A stretch of DNA of 64,000 nt from Eledone cirrhosa (taxonomy: Eukaryota), in assembly GCA_964016885.1 (NCBI GenBank), contig OZ024765.1, positions 124,001 through 188,000 of the forward strand, given 5' to 3'. Of the stretch, positions 62,443-64,000 are shown piece after piece (positions within the stretch are counted from its first letter, which is position 1; every line of letters starts with the position of its first letter). The translations under genes were made by a program, and so were the position numbers. A model generated the notes under the pieces. It was not told the origin of the DNA. It searched no databases and saw nothing but the letters and a program-made list of their open reading frames with translations.

Positions 62443-62939
62443 TATATATAAATATATATATATAGATAGATAGATAGATGGATAATTTATAATTTGCATT
62501 TTTTATATTCCTGCCTTGAAGAGCAGGTAACTTATGACGTAAAATCATTGTGTAACAATTCAAACATAAATATTTCTCAATAAAATCTTCCAAAAAAATC
62601 TCGAAAACTTTTCATTCTTTTAAATAAATATAATTTTATAAAAAATAATCCATACTTTCCCATGAAATTAATAAGAATTTTGAATAAATTTATAAAATGC
62701 AAGTGTAATGATTCCTTCTTATTTTAACGAAAAGAATTGATATTTTTTAAAGACGGTTTTCCAATGTTATACATAAATTTCAAATAATGAATTTAAATTT
62801 TTTATTTCACGTAAATATTTTGCCGATATCATTGAAATTTTTTTGCATTCGATGTAGATACAACTATATATTATGTGCATATATATATATATGTATACAC
62901 ATGTGTGTATATATTTATGCATTTATATGTATACGTATG

Positions 62940-62980
<41 letters not shown>

Positions 62981-63136
62981 ATTTATATATTTACATATAT
63001 AAATATGTATGAATATATATATTTATATGTATACAAATACATATATATATATGCCTATATATATATATTAATATAAGCATATATTTATGTATTTATATAT
63101 ATATATAAATATATATATATATAATACATATATATA

Positions 63137-63262
<126 letters not shown>

Positions 63263-63604
63263 TAAATATATATATATATATTTATATATATATATATATA
63301 CATGTATGTATATGTGTCTTTATGTTTTTATATCATAAATATAATTTTTATCACAGTGCACACATTCATGTTGAGAATGTAGGGTGTCATCTCTGCTCCA
63401 CTGCGTGTGCATGTTTATATGCGTATTGGCGCGTGTAAGTGTGTATAGTTGTTTGGGTGAACGGGCGTATATGTAGGGGATGCGTATAACTGTTGATGTA
63501 TTTAAATGTATATTGTATTATATTTGCTCGGTATTGTGTGTGGTATTTCCAAATATATAGTTTTATTCGTAAATATTGACATGTGTATATATGGGTATAT
63601 ATAT

Positions 63605-63656
<52 letters not shown>

Positions 63657-63669
63657 GTGTATATGTATA

Positions 63670-63744
<75 letters not shown>

Positions 63745-63750
63745 GTATAT

Positions 63751-63798
<48 letters not shown>

Positions 63799-63799
63799 G

Positions 63800-63830
<31 letters not shown>

Positions 63831-63943
63831 GTATATATAAATATATATATACATATATATATATATATACATATATTTGCACACCATATATATTCGTACA
63901 TTTATATATACGAACACACACACACGTACACACCCGTACATAC

Positions 63944-63976
<33 letters not shown>

Positions 63977-64000
63977 CATTTACAAATATATATTTCCATA

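Overview
Very AT-rich, microsatellite-saturated eukaryotic (animal) DNA. The SINE/LINE complement resembles an octopus-like cephalopod genome (inference). No host protein-coding gene could be supported, and nearly all listed ORFs are microsatellite translations. (1) Positions 1-~12.7 kb hold a macrosatellite of >=4 units, each (CAC)n + CA/TA spacer + a ~427-bp hairpin with ~165-bp arms + a variable (GGT)n array with higher-order structure. (2) The remainder holds many short, mostly (TA)n-embedded fold-back elements from several families. They carry 7 well-formed type I hammerhead ribozyme motifs plus degenerate or half copies, typical of Penelope-like pseudo-LTRs. In one family all 7 informative copies break or fold back at the same predicted stem II hairpin. 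(3) Also present are two R4/Dong-like restriction-like-endonuclease LINE ends in (TAA)n, RTE LINE tails, a minisatellite built from RTE coding sequence, and several tRNA-derived SINEs. Coordinates were counted by eye and may be off by a few bases.
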